Assembly (NCBI RefSeq): GCF_009914755.1
Contig: NC_060942.1
DNA: 64,000 nt
Direction: 5' to 3' (one strand)
Source: the human T2T-CHM13v2.0 reference genome, Homo sapiens
Part shown: positions 12,000 through 25,849 of the stretch, one piece after another
Position numbering within the stretch: the stretch's first letter is position 1
Layout of the letters: every line of letters begins with the position of its first letter
Made by a program: the position numbers and the translations under genes
The notes under the pieces: model-generated
What the model was told of the DNA's origin: nothing
Seen by the model: only the letters and a program-made list of their open reading frames with translations
Databases searched by the model: none

Positions 12000-12950
12000 T
12001 TCTTTTTTTTTCTTTTTAATTTAATTTAATTTTATTATTATACTTTAAGTTTTAGGGTACATGTGCACAATATGCAGGTTAGTTACATATGTATACATGT
12101 GCCATGCTGGTGTGCTGCACCCATTAACTCGTCATTTAGCATTAGGTATATCTCTTAAAGCTATCCCTCCCCACCCCCACCCCACAACAGTCCCCAGAGT
12201 GTGATATTCCCCTTCCTGTGTCCATGTGTTCTCATTGTTCAATTTCCACCTATGAGTGAGAATATGCGGTGTTTCGTTTTTTGTTTTTGCGATAGTTTAC
12301 TGAGAATGATGATTTCCAATTTCATCCATGTCCCTACAAAGGACATGAACTCATCATTTTTTATGGCTGCATAGTATTCCATGGTGTATATGTGCCACAT
12401 TTTCTTAATCCAGTCTATCATTGTTGGACATTTGGGTCGGTTCCAAGTCTTTGCTATTGTGAATAGTGCCACAATAAACATACGTGTGCATGTGTCTTTA
12501 TAGCAGCATGATTTATAGTCCTTTGGGTATTTACCCGGTAATGGGATGGCTGGGTCAAATGGTATTTCTGGTTCTAGATCCCTGAGGAATCACCACACTG
12601 ACTTCCACAATGGTTGAACTAGTTTACGGTCCCACCAACAGTGTAAAAGTGTTCCTATTTCTCCACATCCTCTCCAGCACCTGTTGTTTCCTGACTTTTT
12701 AATGATTGCCATTCTAACTGGTGTCCGATGGTATCTCATTGTGGTTTTGATTTGCATTTCTCTGATGGCCAGTGATGGTGAGCATTTTTTCATGTGTTTT
12801 TTGGCTGCATAAATGTCTTCTTTTGAGAAGTGTCTGTTCATGTCCTTCGCCCACTTTTTGATGGGGTTGTTTGTTTTTTTCTTGTAAATTTGTTTGAGTT
12901 CATTGTAGATTCTGGATATTAGCCCTTTGTCAGATGAGTAGGTTGGGAAA
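12000..12950 (-). mobile_element. Young 5'-truncated L1 (L1PA2/PA3-like)
   Basis: 'ttatactttaagttttagggtacatgtgcac'; near-consensus ORF2 C-terminal peptides (ORFs 12239-12481 and 12590-12841). Confidence 0.95.
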
Positions 12951-13153
12951 TTAACATGTTAATTTCCAAACTTCAAGTTAACTGATTAACATTTCATTAA
13001 CAAACTTCAAATTCACTGATTTGCATTTGTTCTGTATTCTCTATCATAAGAAATATCAAGGATTTTAATAAAATAAATTGGGTACAATTTTGATTTTCCA
13101 GGTAGGGCCTGTGGGACCAAATCAGAGTGACTGTCAATTCTCCTTTAAGTCTC

Positions 13154-13644
13154 TGTGGTGGATGATTTTGTGTGTCAGTTTGACTGGGTGACAGAGTGCC
13201 CAGACATTTGGTTAAACATTATTCTGGGTGTGTCTGGGAGGATGTTTCTGGAGGAGATAAACCTTTGGATCTGGTAGATTGAGTAAAGTAGATTGTGCTT
13301 CCTAAAGTGAGTGGACCTCATTCAATAAATTGAAGTCCTGAATAGATCAAAAAGAGTGAGTGAGAGGAAATGCCTCTTGCCTGACAGCCTTGAGCTGGGA
13401 CACTGGTCTTTTTCTGCCTTCAAACTCAAATGGAAACATTGGCTCTCTTGGGGTATCTAGCCTGCTGGCTTTCAGACTGGAACCTTCACCATCAGCTCTC
13501 CTGATTCCCAGCCCTTCAGACTTGGACTAGAACCCACATCAGTTTTCCTCCATCTCCAGCTTACCAACTGCAGATCTTGGTACTTCTCAGCCTTCATGGT
13601 TGTTTGAGTCAATTTCTCATAATAAATCTGTTTCTCTCTATATA
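13154..13644 (+). mobile_element. MLT2 ERVL LTR (3' end missing)
   Basis: 'tgtggtggatgattttgtgtgtcagtttgactggg...gtgcccagacatttggttaaacattattctgggtgtgtctg'. Confidence 0.85.
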
Positions 13645-13742
13645 CACATTTGGCCCTCCATATCCACAGGATCCACATTAATGGATTCAACCTACTGCAG
13701 TTCAAACATATTTTTAAAAAACAATAAAATATATAACAATAT
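13645..13742 (+). mobile_element. Tigger3-like terminal fragment
   Basis: 'ggccctccatatccacaggatccacat...ggattcaacc' resembles the Tigger3 end. Confidence 0.6.
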
Positions 13743-16700
13743 AGGGGGCTTCAAGATAGGCGAATAGAGGGATCTGGTATTCGCCTCCTCCACAAACAAG
13801 AACCAAAATAGCAAGTAAAATAGCACTTTGAATGTGTCATCTAAGAGATAACATTGGAGTTCAACAGAGAAGTGACAAGAAACACCTAAGGAAAGGAAGG
13901 GGAGGGAAGCAAAGAAGCCTGGTTGGCTGGGATTAACTGGGAGCCTGGAGAGGTTCTCCAGTGTGGGGAAAAAGTAAGTGAGAGATCCCCAGCTGTGTAC
14001 ACCCCCAGCACAGACTCCTGCAATCCTAGCTACAGGAAAGTCCCTTGACCCTTGCAGGCTCTGAGACTAACATAAGGTGCTGCCTGGAGACCACACAAAA
14101 GCATTGCTGCAGACAGAGAACCCATGTTGGGTCTCACCCCTACCCTTAAGACCAAGCAGCTACAGCATGGCACCATGTTGAGAGCCAAGCCCCAACAGAC
14201 TGTGTCCTGCCCTGGGGCCCAACAGCCCCTGCATCTCCATATCCCTGGAGCTCCATTGACATCCCTCACTCATAGCTGCTGCTGGCTACTGCCACTGGGA
14301 CTGAAACAGAGCCACTGAATGTGACCCCATGGCCCCCAGAAATGGGGCTGCTGTGCCTTTTCACACTCCCTGAGAGCAAGCCCCCCTACTCATAGTCATC
14401 ACTTCTGCTGCTGGCTGCTGCCCCAGGGCAGAAGCACAAGTTGCTGGCAACAACACCACCCTCTCCAGCAGCAGGGCAGCAGCACACTTGCACATGTACT
14501 GTGGGAAGCCTCCCCTCACCCATTGCTGCCACTGCCAGCCCCACTCAAGCACTCTGTTAGGGGTCTGAGACCTCTGCCCACCACAGCCAGTGCCCAAATG
14601 CACCAGCAGGGGGCCCGAGGAGAGGCCTGGCTTTGCCTCCCTCCCCATCTCCAGTGCCCAGGCCTGTCATCCAGGGACCTGCGGATTGCCCTCTCTACTA
14701 CCATTGGCACCTGAGCACTCCTCCCAGGGGCCTGGGGATGGCTCTGCTCAGCCTGCCACTATTATCACAGCTGGCACCCACCAGCGCACACCACCTGTGG
14801 GCATGGGACTAGCCCATCCAGCCCCTTTCAAACACTGCCAACACCAGCATGAACCACCTGGGAGCCAGAGGGTTGTCCTCTCAATGATACTGCCATCGTC
14901 TATACCATGTCCACTTCCCAAGGGTGTACGAACCCATCTGCTCACTTGGACAACCCCTGCCACTGCCAGCACCCAACCAAGTTGCCTGGAGGCCCAAGAA
15001 TTTGTCCACCTGAACCTGTAAACACTGGTGCCAGCATGTGCCACTGTGGGGCCCAAGGAAAGGCAAGCTTGGCCTACTGCTGCCAATACTGAGAAGACTG
15101 GCCCACATGGCATCCTCATCCCCAGCCAAACTTCATCACAGCTTCCACTAACAACTACATCCTAAGCCACCAAAGAAATCACAGACATTACTGATGTTGC
15201 TTACAACCAAATAAATTATACAGAGACTACACTACTGTGTGCACCCAAAAACAGAATAGAAGTGCCCCATCCAAACAACACTATAGCTGTATCTTCAGAA
15301 AAATGATGTCCCATGTGAAACAAATTCAAAAAAATGGAAGAAGCAACTGGTATACCAGATCTGCTTATGTCAACGTAAGAACACAAGAAACATGAAAAAC
15401 AAGAAAATATGATACCTTCAAAGAAATATAATAATTCTCCAGCAACTGACTCCAGTGAAAAAGAAATTTATAAATGCCAGAAATAAAAACACCAATAGTA
15501 AAGAAGCTCAGTGAGATATAAGAGAGCACAAATAAACAATACAAAGAAATCAGACATGGAGTGAGGATATGAATGATAAATTTAGCAAAAATGATAGATA
15601 TCCTAAAAAAGAACCAAACAGAACTGAAGAATTTATTAAATAAAATGAAAACTAGGCCAGTCAACAATATACTATATCAAGCAGAATAAGAAATTTCAGA
15701 ACTTGAAGACATATCTTTTGAAATAACCCAGACAAAAATAAAAAAGAATGAACAAAGTATACGTCACATATGGGACATGATAAAGCAATGATTATATTTG
15801 AATTTTCAGTGACCCAGAAGGTGAAGAGAAGAGCAAAGGGATAGAAAACCAATTTGACAAAATAATAGCTGAAAACTTCCCAAGTCTATCAAGAGATTTA
15901 GATATCCAGATACGGGAAGCCTAGTTATCCCCAAATAGACACAACCTAAAAAGGCCTTCTCCATGGTACGTTAGAGTCAAACTGCTAAATGTCAAAGACA
16001 AAGACAGAATTCTAGAAACAGTAAGAGAAAAGCATCTAATCACTTACAAGAACCCTCATCAGACTAAAAGCAAGTTTCTCAGCAGGAATCTTACATCCCA
16101 AGAGAGAATGAGAAGATATATTCAAAGTGCTGAAAGAAAACAACTGCCAGCCAAGGATACCATAACCAGCAAAGTTATCTTTCATTAATGAAGGAGAAAT
16201 AAAGTCTTTGACACACAAACAAAAGCTAAGGAAGTTCATCATCACTAGACCAGCCCCCCCGACAAAATGTTTATAGAAGTCCTATACCTGAAGCAAAAGG
16301 ATGATGTTTACCATCAGGAAAACATATGAAAGTATAAAACCCACTGGTAGAGCTGACACACAAATAAGGAAGAGAAAGGACTCAAATGTTACCACTACAG
16401 AAACCACCAAACAACAATGGTAAAGAAAAAGAAAGGAAAAAAGACATACAAGCAATCATAAGTCAACTAATAAAATGACATGAATAAGCCCTCATATCAC
16501 AGATTGAATGCATACAGATTAAACTTACCACTTAAAAGATATAAAATGGGTGAATGTATTTAAAAATGACTCAACTACAAGAAACTCCTCTCATATATAA
16601 AGACTCATATAGACTAAAGGTAAAGGATGGAAAAAGACATACTATGCAAATGGAAACCAAAATTGCACAGGAATAGCTATACTTCTATAGACAAAACAGA

Positions 16701-19700
16701 TTTTAAGTCAAAAATAGTAAAAAAAAAAAGACAGAAATGATCATTATACAATGATGAAGGGACCAATTTAGCAAGAGGATATAACAATTCTAAACACAAT
16801 TGCACTCAACACCAGATCACCCAGATATATAAAGCAAATATTATTAAATCTAAAGGGAGAGATAGACTTCAATAGAATAAGAGTTGGGGACTTCAACACC
16901 CAACTTTCAGCGTTAGACAGATCATCTAGACAAACAATTAACAAGGAAACATTGGATTTAAACTGTACTTTAGACCAAATGGACCTAACCGGTATCTACA
17001 GAACATTTTGCCCAACAGCTGCAGAATACACATTCTTCTCATGAGCACAAGGAACATTCTCCAGGATAGACTATATTATAAGCCACAAAAAGTCGCAACA
17101 AATTAAAAAAATTTGAAATCATGTCAAGTATCTATTCAGAACACAATGGAATGAAACTAGAAATTGGTAACAAGAGAAACATTGGAAACTGCATGGAAAC
17201 TAAACAACATGCTCCTGAATGACCACTGGGTCAATGAAGAAATTAAATAAAAAATAAAAAAATTTCTTAGAACAAATGAAAATCAAAACACATATACTAA
17301 AACCTGTGGGATACAGGAAAAGCAGTGCTAAGAGGGAAGTTTACAGCAATAAATGCCTACCTCGAAAAAGTGGAAAGATTTCAAATAGAGAATCTAACAA
17401 TACAACTAAAGGAACTAAAATATGAAGAACAAACAAAACTCCAAATTATAGAAGGAAAGAAATTGTAAGCATTAGAACAGAACTAAATGAAATTCAGGCT
17501 ACAAAGTACAAAGGAGCAACAAAATGAAAAGTTGTTTTTCTTAAAAGATAAATGAAATTGATAAATCACTAACTAGATCAACCAAGAAAAAAGAAGGAAG
17601 ACCTAAATAAATAAAATCAGAAATAAAAAAGAACATATTACAACTGATATCACAAAAATACAAAAGATCATCAGAGACTATTATGAACAACTACATGCTA
17701 ACAATCTGGAAAATTAAGAAGAAGTAGATACAGTCCCGCTCACATACAACCTACCAAGATTGAATCTGGAAGAAATAGAAAACATGAACGGATCAGTAAT
17801 GAGCAATGAGATTGAATCAGTGATAAATCTCTCAACAAAGAAAAGTTCAGGACTGTATGGCTTCACTGACATATTCTACCAAACTTACAAAGAAGAGCTA
17901 ACACCACAATTCTCCTCAAACTTTTCCAAAATATTGATTAGGAGGAAATTATTCCTAACTCATGCTATGAGGCCAGCCTTACCCTGATACCAAAACTAGA
18001 CAAGCATGCAACAACAACAAAAACATCTACAGGCCAGTATCTGATGAACATCAATGCAAAAATTCTCAACAAAATGCTAGCAAACTGAATCCAACAGCAT
18101 ATCAAAAAGATAATACACCATGATCAAGTGGGATTTTCCCAGGGATACAAGGATGGTTCAATATGCAAAACAATAAATGTTAATCACCATATCGACAGAA
18201 TAAAGAACAAAACACAGGTGATCATCTCAATAGTTGTAGAAAAAACGCTTGATAACATTTAACATCCCTTCCTTATAAGAACTTTGAACAAATTTGGCAT
18301 AGTAGGAACAAACCTCAAGATAATAAAGTCCATTTATGACAAACCAACAGCTAACATCATACTGAATGGGGAAAAGCTGAAAGACTTTCCTCTAAGAACT
18401 GGAGCAAAACAAGGATGCCCACTTTTACCACTCCTATTCAACATACCACTGGAAGTTCTAGCCAGAGCAATCGGGCAAGAGAAAAAAATAAAAGGCATTC
18501 AAATTGCAAAAGAAGAAGTCTAATTGCCCTTCTTTGCAGATGACTGATCTTGTATCTAGGAAAAACCTAAAGATTCCACCAAAATCTCTCATATCTGATA
18601 CATAAATTCAGTAAAGTTGTAGAGTATAAAATCAAAATACAAAAATTGGTAGCATTTCTATACACAAATAGTGAACCAGCTGAGAAAGAAAACTAGAAAT
18701 GTATCCCACTTATGATAGCTACAAAACAACCAAAAAAACCATAAGAATAAATTTAACCAAGGGGGTGAAAGACCTTAAAAAAAACTACAAAACACCGATG
18801 AAGGAAATTAAAGAGGACACAAAGAAATGTAAAGGCATCCCATGCTCTTGGATTGGAAAAATTAATGTGCTTAAAATGATTATACTACCCAAAGCAATCT
18901 ACAGATTCAATGCAATTTCTATCAAATTTCCAAAGTCATTTTTGTCACAAAAATAGAAACACAATCCTAAAATTCGTATGGAATTAAAATGGAGCCCAAA
19001 TAAACAAAGCAACCCTGAGCAAAGAGAACGAAGCTGGAGACATCACACTACCCAACTTCAAAATATATTACAATGCTATAGTAACCAAAATAGCATGGTA
19101 CTGCTATAAAAATAGACACATAAACCAATGGAACAGAGACACTCCAGAAATAAATGCATGTATTTATAGCTGATTTTTTGACATAGATTTCTAGAACATA
19201 CATCAGGGAAAGGAATCCCTGTTCAATAAATGGTGCTGGGGAAACTGGATATTCATATGCAGAAGAATGAAACTGGATCATTATCTCTCACCACACACAA
19301 AAATCAACTCAAGATGGATTAAAGACTTAAACATAAGACTCAAACTCATAAAATTATTAGAAGAAAACAGAGAAAACATTTGAAGACATTGATCTAGGCA
19401 AAAATTTTATGGTTAAGACCTCAAAAGCACAGGTAACAAAAAAAAAGTAGACAAATGGTACCATGCAAAACCAAACAGCTTCTGCACAACAAAGGAAATT
19501 ATCAAAAGGGTGAAGAGACAACATGTTGAATTGGAGAAAATATTTGCAAACTATCCAACGAGGAACTAATAATCAGAATATACAAGCAACTCAAACTACT
19601 CAACAGGAAAAATAATCACATTAAAAAGTGGGCAAAGGACATGAATAAACATTTCTCAAAAGAAGACATACAACTGGCCAACAGGTATATGAAAAAATGC

Positions 19701-20500
19701 TCGACATTATTAATAATCAGGGAAATGGAAATCATAATCACAATGAGATATAATCTTACCTTAGCTAGAATGGCTATTATTAAAAAGTCAAAAAGTAACT
19801 GATGCTATTCAGGATGTGAGAGAAGGGAACTCATGCACTTTTGGTGGGAGTGTAAATTATTATAGCTACTATGAAAAACAGTATGGAGATTTCTCAGAAA
19901 TGAAATCAGTATATCAAAAGGATACCTGCCTCCCTGTGTTTATTGCAGCACTATTCACAACAGCAAAGATATGGAGTCAACGTATCCTTCAATGAACAAA
20001 TGGACAAAGAAAATGTAATATATAAACACGATGGCATACTATTCAACCACAGAAAAGAAAGAAATTGTGTCATTTAGAGCAAAATGAATGAAATTGAAAT
20101 CTCATGTTAAATTAAGTAAGTCAGGCACAGAAAAACAAGTATCTCATGTTTTTACCATATGTGGGAATTTAAAGAGTTGATTTCATGAAAATTGAGAGTA
20201 AAATTTAGGTACCCGAGTCTGGGATGGATGTGTGGGTGAGTGGTGGGGTGGGAGCCTTGAAGAGAGACTGGTTAATGGGTACTATGGCAGAGTGGGGTGA
20301 CTGTAGTTAATAACAATGTATTGTGCATTTCAAATTAGCTAGAAGAGAAGACTTGAAATGTTCCCAATACATAGAAATGATAAATACTTGAGGTGATGGA
20401 TACACCAATACCCTGGCTTGATCATTACATATTCTATTAATGTAACCAAATATCACATGTACCCCATAAATATGCACAAATATTATGTATCAAAAATTAA
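13743..20500 (+). mobile_element. Full-length decayed L1 (L1M1/M2-type 5' UTR, L1MA4-like 3' end)
   Basis: Starts 'gggggcttcaagat'; GC-rich 5' UTR to ~15.3 kb, ORF1 remnants, EN remnant 'gggacttcaacacc', RT remnant [12 protein letters not shown] (ORF 18284), L1MA-type 3' UTR 'catgtaccccataaatatg'; many stops and frameshifts. Confidence 0.93.
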
Positions 20501-21319
20501 AATCTCAAAAATTTTAGTATCCAAAGTGTATAAGACATATGTGTCATATGGAAGAAGAAACAGTAAATCTTAGCCAAAATAATAATTTGTAAGCTTCTTT
20601 TGGATAGGAATATTTTGTATTTTTCAAATCACAAACCTTCTAAGTCTCAATTTTCTCATTTAAAAAACATATGCTTGACTTAAATTTGCAAATTCTTTAA
20701 TATTTAAAATACTATAAAAGAAAACAAATGTATAAAATTTCAAGCCAATTATCTCTATGGAAATTTATGTGGATGCCGCACACAGAAGGAACAAATCGAA
20801 GAAAAATCTTACAAGTAAAATTTCACTTATGTAATTTCCTAATTTCCTAAAACAAGCAGTTAAAATAGACATGAAATATCTTAATTTTCAATCCACAGAA
20901 TAAATAAAACAATATAATTTTATTTTATAACCAAACAATTTTAATTTCCCTATTTTCTTCACATAATATTGTATTTGAAATGAACTTTTTCTATCATATG
21001 TAGTGCAAACACATAAGCGTACTTATTCAAGTGCACAGATGTTGTTTCTAGCAGGATTTAAAATTGCTATTATTGGGCAAACTAACATAAAAATGGACCT
21101 TAATGTTTGTATGTTGATTCAACAGGATAGAATTTAATGTTGCAAAAAGAAATGATAAGCAGCAGATGAAACAAGTTATTATCTTTGCCTGTATTGCCAC
21201 ATTAATCGTTTATTATTAGAACTAAAATTTTAAGCTTTTTTTTGTTAATATTAGTCATTATCATACATATGCATATACTTTCGTATAAACAACACAACTA
21301 ATGTATTAGTGCCAGTTAT

Positions 21320-21490
21320 TATCTGTGTGGCTATTAGCAAGTCATATAGTTTTCCTCATTAACAAATAGGCTACCTAAACCTCTGGTTTCTCATTTACAA
21401 CAGGCAACAGAGTTTTTGAAGAAAAACAATTGGTGTTAATGCCTGGCATGGGCTTAGCACACAAATTCTCAATAAATGGTAACTTATTAA
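21320..21490 (+). mobile_element. MIR
   Basis: 'aacctctggtttctcattt...tctcaataaatggtaacttatt'. Confidence 0.55.
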
Positions 21491-21974
21491 CAGTTGATAG
21501 GTATTTGTATCTATTGTCAGTGAATTTCAGTATTTTTAAATTTTAAGACTATACTTAAATTTTGCCTTGTTTATAAAAGGAAAAGCCAATTTGTAATAAA
21601 TTCTCAGAATCGTCTTAAGCTTAACATCTACTTTTCTTTGTTTTCTTTTATGATGAACTACAGCATCTGAATTGGCTTAATTAATTAGCAAATAACATTT
21701 TCTAGATTTATAAAGATAAATTAGTCCAAGTCATTTTTTCTTTAAAGGATATCCATTTTTCAACTATTTTTTGCATGGGGACTTTAGATTTTGGGAAAAG
21801 CCTTTTTGAGAAGTAGTATTTTAGATTCTATGATTTCTTAGACATACTGCTGGTAAATGGTTTTCTTTCATCTGTGCATGCTACATTGGGTTTCTGTGGG
21901 CAACAATCATGCCTTCTGTGGTTTTTGCACTCAGTAACTCTACCCCTTAGTGTGATCTTGCTTCGGTATTAGAG

Positions 21975-22470
21975 AGACTCAGGGCTGGAAGAGAATATCT
22001 GATGTTCTACCCAGCATGCAGTCCTCACCAAGTATCTCTTACAGATTCAAATCTTTTGGTATAACTCTCCTCCCACACACAAGGGATTCACTCTTTTTCA
22101 AGTAGACCTTGGTAAGTATATGACCCTTCAAAGATTGTAATAATCTAATTTATGATTTTTATTTAATAACTTGTTTGTTTATAAAGTTTTCTATTGTTTG
22201 AAGACACATTTAACTAAGATCTGTCTTCCTACAAGTTTTTACTGATTGATTGCAATTCTGCTCTCTCGCATTTAACAGAATTAAGTTTGGTTCAATTTTT
22301 CCCAAAGCTAATCCTTTAAATATTTAAGGAATCTATCATCTCACTATATATATTGTATTTTCTAAGCTGAACATTTCCAGTTTCTGTAGGTGGTCTTTCA
22401 TATGATGAAATTTCTGAATTCTTCTTCATTCTGGGTGTTATTAGGTTTACCAACGTCCTTCTTGAAATGT
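21975..22470 (-). mobile_element. L3/CR1 LINE fragment
   Basis: 'tctaagctgaacatttccagtttc...tcatatgatg', 'tccttcttgaaatgtggtg...aattgaaca' typical of CR1 reverse complement. Confidence 0.55.
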
Positions 22471-22957
22471 GGTGTAAGAATTGAACAATCTTTTTTATTT
22501 ATTTATTTTTTTTTTAACATTCTTTAGTTAAGATTTTTAACACTCTGAAGAGGCCTGAGCCTAGGGCTTTATTCTTTTGTTTGTTCAAGCTACACAGTTA
22601 TATTAAGGCATTCTATCTTTATTGGTTAACAATGCAAGCATTTGTTACTCACTTTTTGTGAGTGTATGTGACTGCTGTTTGAAATCCGTTGTGATGTTGG
22701 CAAAGTGTCTTAATCATGCACAAACATAAGTAAGAATACTTTTGTTTTTCATAAAGTCATCAATATTCATTTAATTGTCTCTTAAATGTCCTAAACAATA
22801 TGATTTTTGAGATGGAAAAAAATCTCATAATTATTTATTAAGAGCAATTAGATATTTAAGTTGGAGTAATGTTAACAAATTTTCTAGCATAGTAGTACAT
22901 AAATGCTTTTTGAAAACATTTCCCTTAATTTAAAAAAATGGTATCTCCAGTTCTAAA

Positions 22958-23062
22958 TCACACATTTACCCATGTAACAAACCTGCACATTCTGTAAATG
23001 TACCCTGGAACTTAAAAAAAATTAATTATTAAAAAAACTAAAAACAAAACAAAACAAAAAAA
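22958..23062 (+). mobile_element. Very short L1PA 3' tail
   Basis: 'tttacccatgtaacaaacctgcacattctg...taccctggaacttaaaa' plus A-rich tail. Confidence 0.85.
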
Positions 23063-23650
23063 TGGGGTGATTCAAACAAAGGTCACATGGTTTGTTATGC
23101 CATGTTGCCAATTAATCCATATTAATTATGGGTTATTAATTATGGGTTATTTCCTTGACTGAAAAGGCTCCTGGCCAAGGGGATTTGCAAAAATAAACTT
23201 CTTTGATAGTATAATTCCTACTCGAGGGTATTTCTCCCTTTAGCCTGTGACTTTCATTGTTTGTTTATTAAATTCATGATGAAAATTATTCAGAGGCAGT
23301 AGTTCAAGCTTGCAGACATTCTGTAAAAATGGGTCAGCAAATGTTGAGACATACGATGTTTAAATAACTTCCTTAAAATCCAAAATAAAATCATTTCTCA
23401 CTTTATGTTAATTGTAATGTAAAAATCATGAAGATTGATAAGGGTATTATTCTAACTTGCGTGGCAAATAAATTTAAACATTTATTGGCTCCAACAAGTA
23501 ATCTAGACTCTGCAGTAGTTACTTTTTCTATCCAAAGTTACATTCACACTTACCACTTTAGGAGATTCACCATTCAGTGAGTAACCACATTTTAAACACC
23601 AGATCAAGGGAGAATGTTTTTTTTAAATCAGAAACTAATTTCATGCAGAA

Positions 23651-23810
23651 CAGTGATTCTCAAACTTTAATGAGCATATGAATCCCCTGAGAATCTCGCT
23701 AGAATGTATGTCCTGATGGTGAGTCCGGCATGAAGCCTGAGATTTTTGCATTTCTAACATCTCCAGGTGATGCCAATTCTGTTGGTCCCTGGACAACAGT
23801 TCAGCTAAAT
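23651..23810. mobile_element. MER5A hAT MITE
   Basis: 'cagtgattctcaaactt...tgcatttctaacatctccaggtgatgc...ggtccctggac'. Confidence 0.8.
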
Positions 23811-24377
23811 GTTCCAAATTTTGATTTACCATCTCCTTACAGTCATTATTTCGTGTTGAAGCCCTTCACACTTACTTATAAACAGTTATCTTTTTATTGT
23901 AATTATTTTTATGTAACCAACCCCTTAGACTGTAAACCACTTCAGGAGTAAGAAGTTTTCATTTGAGCAGAGCTTACGTCGGTAAATAGCATATAAGAAA
24001 GAACTCAATACAAGTTTTTCACTGTATTAATAAAGTCATCTGCATTCACTACCATGGTATTTATATTACATAATTTAAAAAATGTTGTGTTAACACAAAT
24101 CAACATAGAAAATGCTTTAATGTCATCAGTTTTTTAAGCTTGTTATTATCTATATGAATTTGATGAAATGTGCTTAGACTAAGTTTTTTGATAACTTACA
24201 AATGAATTGTAAGATAACTTACAAATTGACATTAATTTTAGTTTTACAAATATAGTCTTAAAATTATTTGCACAATGTTAAAAAATAAAATTACAGAAAA
24301 GTAAAATTAAAAAAGTGAAAGTCTTTCCTCAATTATTATTCTTTCAAGAATATCACTGCTAACAACTGGTATGTATC

Positions 24378-24826
24378 TGAATGGCAGATGCACCTGACAG
24401 CCATAACTTAAGCACACCTTGAGAATGACTCTATAGTCTAAGAAGAATGTGTGTTCGGAATTCTGAGCTAAGAAATCTGGGAGTGGCCACCCGGAGAGTC
24501 ATTGCTTACCTAAGAGAAACATTTGAACTCATGGCCCATCCTGTGGAACACACACCATATAGGGAATCAAGGCCCTGTGTTTTGGGTTAAATGAAGGTGG
24601 CCAGGTGGAGACTGCTAGAAGGAGAGTGCTAAGTGAAAATGCTATGTAAACTGCATGCTTTTTATAAATGGTAGTTGTTGCTCTGTCCAGCCCACCACCA
24701 CTGTGCTGCCCTGTATGTAAGTCCCCTCAATAAACCCTCTGTCTCATTTGCTGGCTCCAGGTCTCTTCTTTGGCCTCTTGAACATGGTGCCACTCCTATT
24801 GAAATCAATAAGGGTCCAGCACGACA
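24378..24826 (+). mobile_element. LTR47A-like ERVL solo LTR
   Basis: 'tgaatggcagatgcacctgacagccataacttaagc...aataaacc...cgaca'; TG...CA ends; perfect 5-bp TSD gtatc. Confidence 0.85.
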
Positions 24827-25574
24827 GTATCTTCAAAGCCTTTTCTTCTAGATATACAGTGGTTTTCTTAGGCATAGACACATAGAGGCATACTTTATTT
24901 TTTTATTTCTTCCTAAAATTCAGATCATTCTGTAATACTCTTCTGTTTGCCTTAAAAAAACTTTCATGGCATGTTTATAGCTTAATACTTAGTGATTCTG
25001 TTTTTAGTACTTGGCATAGTTTTCAACACACGGTAAAACTACTCAATAAATATTGAAAACTACTGAATAAATATGCATTTGATAAGTATTGAATGAATGC
25101 TAAATCTAATTTCTGATCTCTGGATCCAAAAAAATTACAATTTGCTTGTTGAAAACTGTTAGCTTCTCACCTCCTCCAATGTTTAGCTACTACAAACATT
25201 GTTACAATAAGCTTTTTTTCATCTTTGGCTTTCGTGCACAAGTAATACAATTTCATATAAATAAAGTGACTGGGTCAGACTCTATGAGTTTTGACAATAT
25301 TATCAAACTACCCTTCAAAAAGGGAGTAGCGTCCTATTCATTATTGCCAGTTGTCTAGGATGACTCTCTTGCTCAGACCCTTACCATCGCTAGAGACTAA
25401 CAGTCTTTTTAATACGTGAAAAATACATATAATAACAATAAATTTTTATTTTGCTTTTTAATCAAAGTATCACTTAAAATAAAATGCATAAATCTTAAGA
25501 GCTGAATGAATTTTTTACATAAACACACACATGCATAATCACCACAAAGCTCAAGCTATAAAATATTTCTACAG

Positions 25575-25715
25575 AACATGAGTCTTTTGTCTGTCTCCTT
25601 AATAGAATGTCAGCTCCCAAGGTCAGAAATTCTTTTTTGCTCACTGGTGTTCTCCAATGCTTAGAAGAGTGCCTGACCCAAGGGAGGCACTCAGTAAATA
25701 CTTGTTGAGGGAATT
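25575..25715 (+). mobile_element. L2a 3' end
   Basis: 'gtctgtctcc...tagaatgtcagctcc...gagtgcctgacccaagggaggcactcagtaaatacttgttga'. Confidence 0.8.
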
Positions 25716-25849
25716 TGAACCTTCTCAGCGTGGGGTGGGCACAGCTTCAGGCTCCTATGCACTGTTCATGCTTTGACTTCGGTCCAGGTCTGCAGTAGGG
25801 TTGACGGGAGCTCTTCCACATCTCTGCAGTCTCTTCCACATCTCTTCAG

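Noticed and set aside
14030-15129. Cluster of long overlapping ORFs (up to 143 aa) in GC-rich DNA
   Set aside because: They lie in the GC-rich 5' UTR of the old L1; open frames on both strands reflect base composition.
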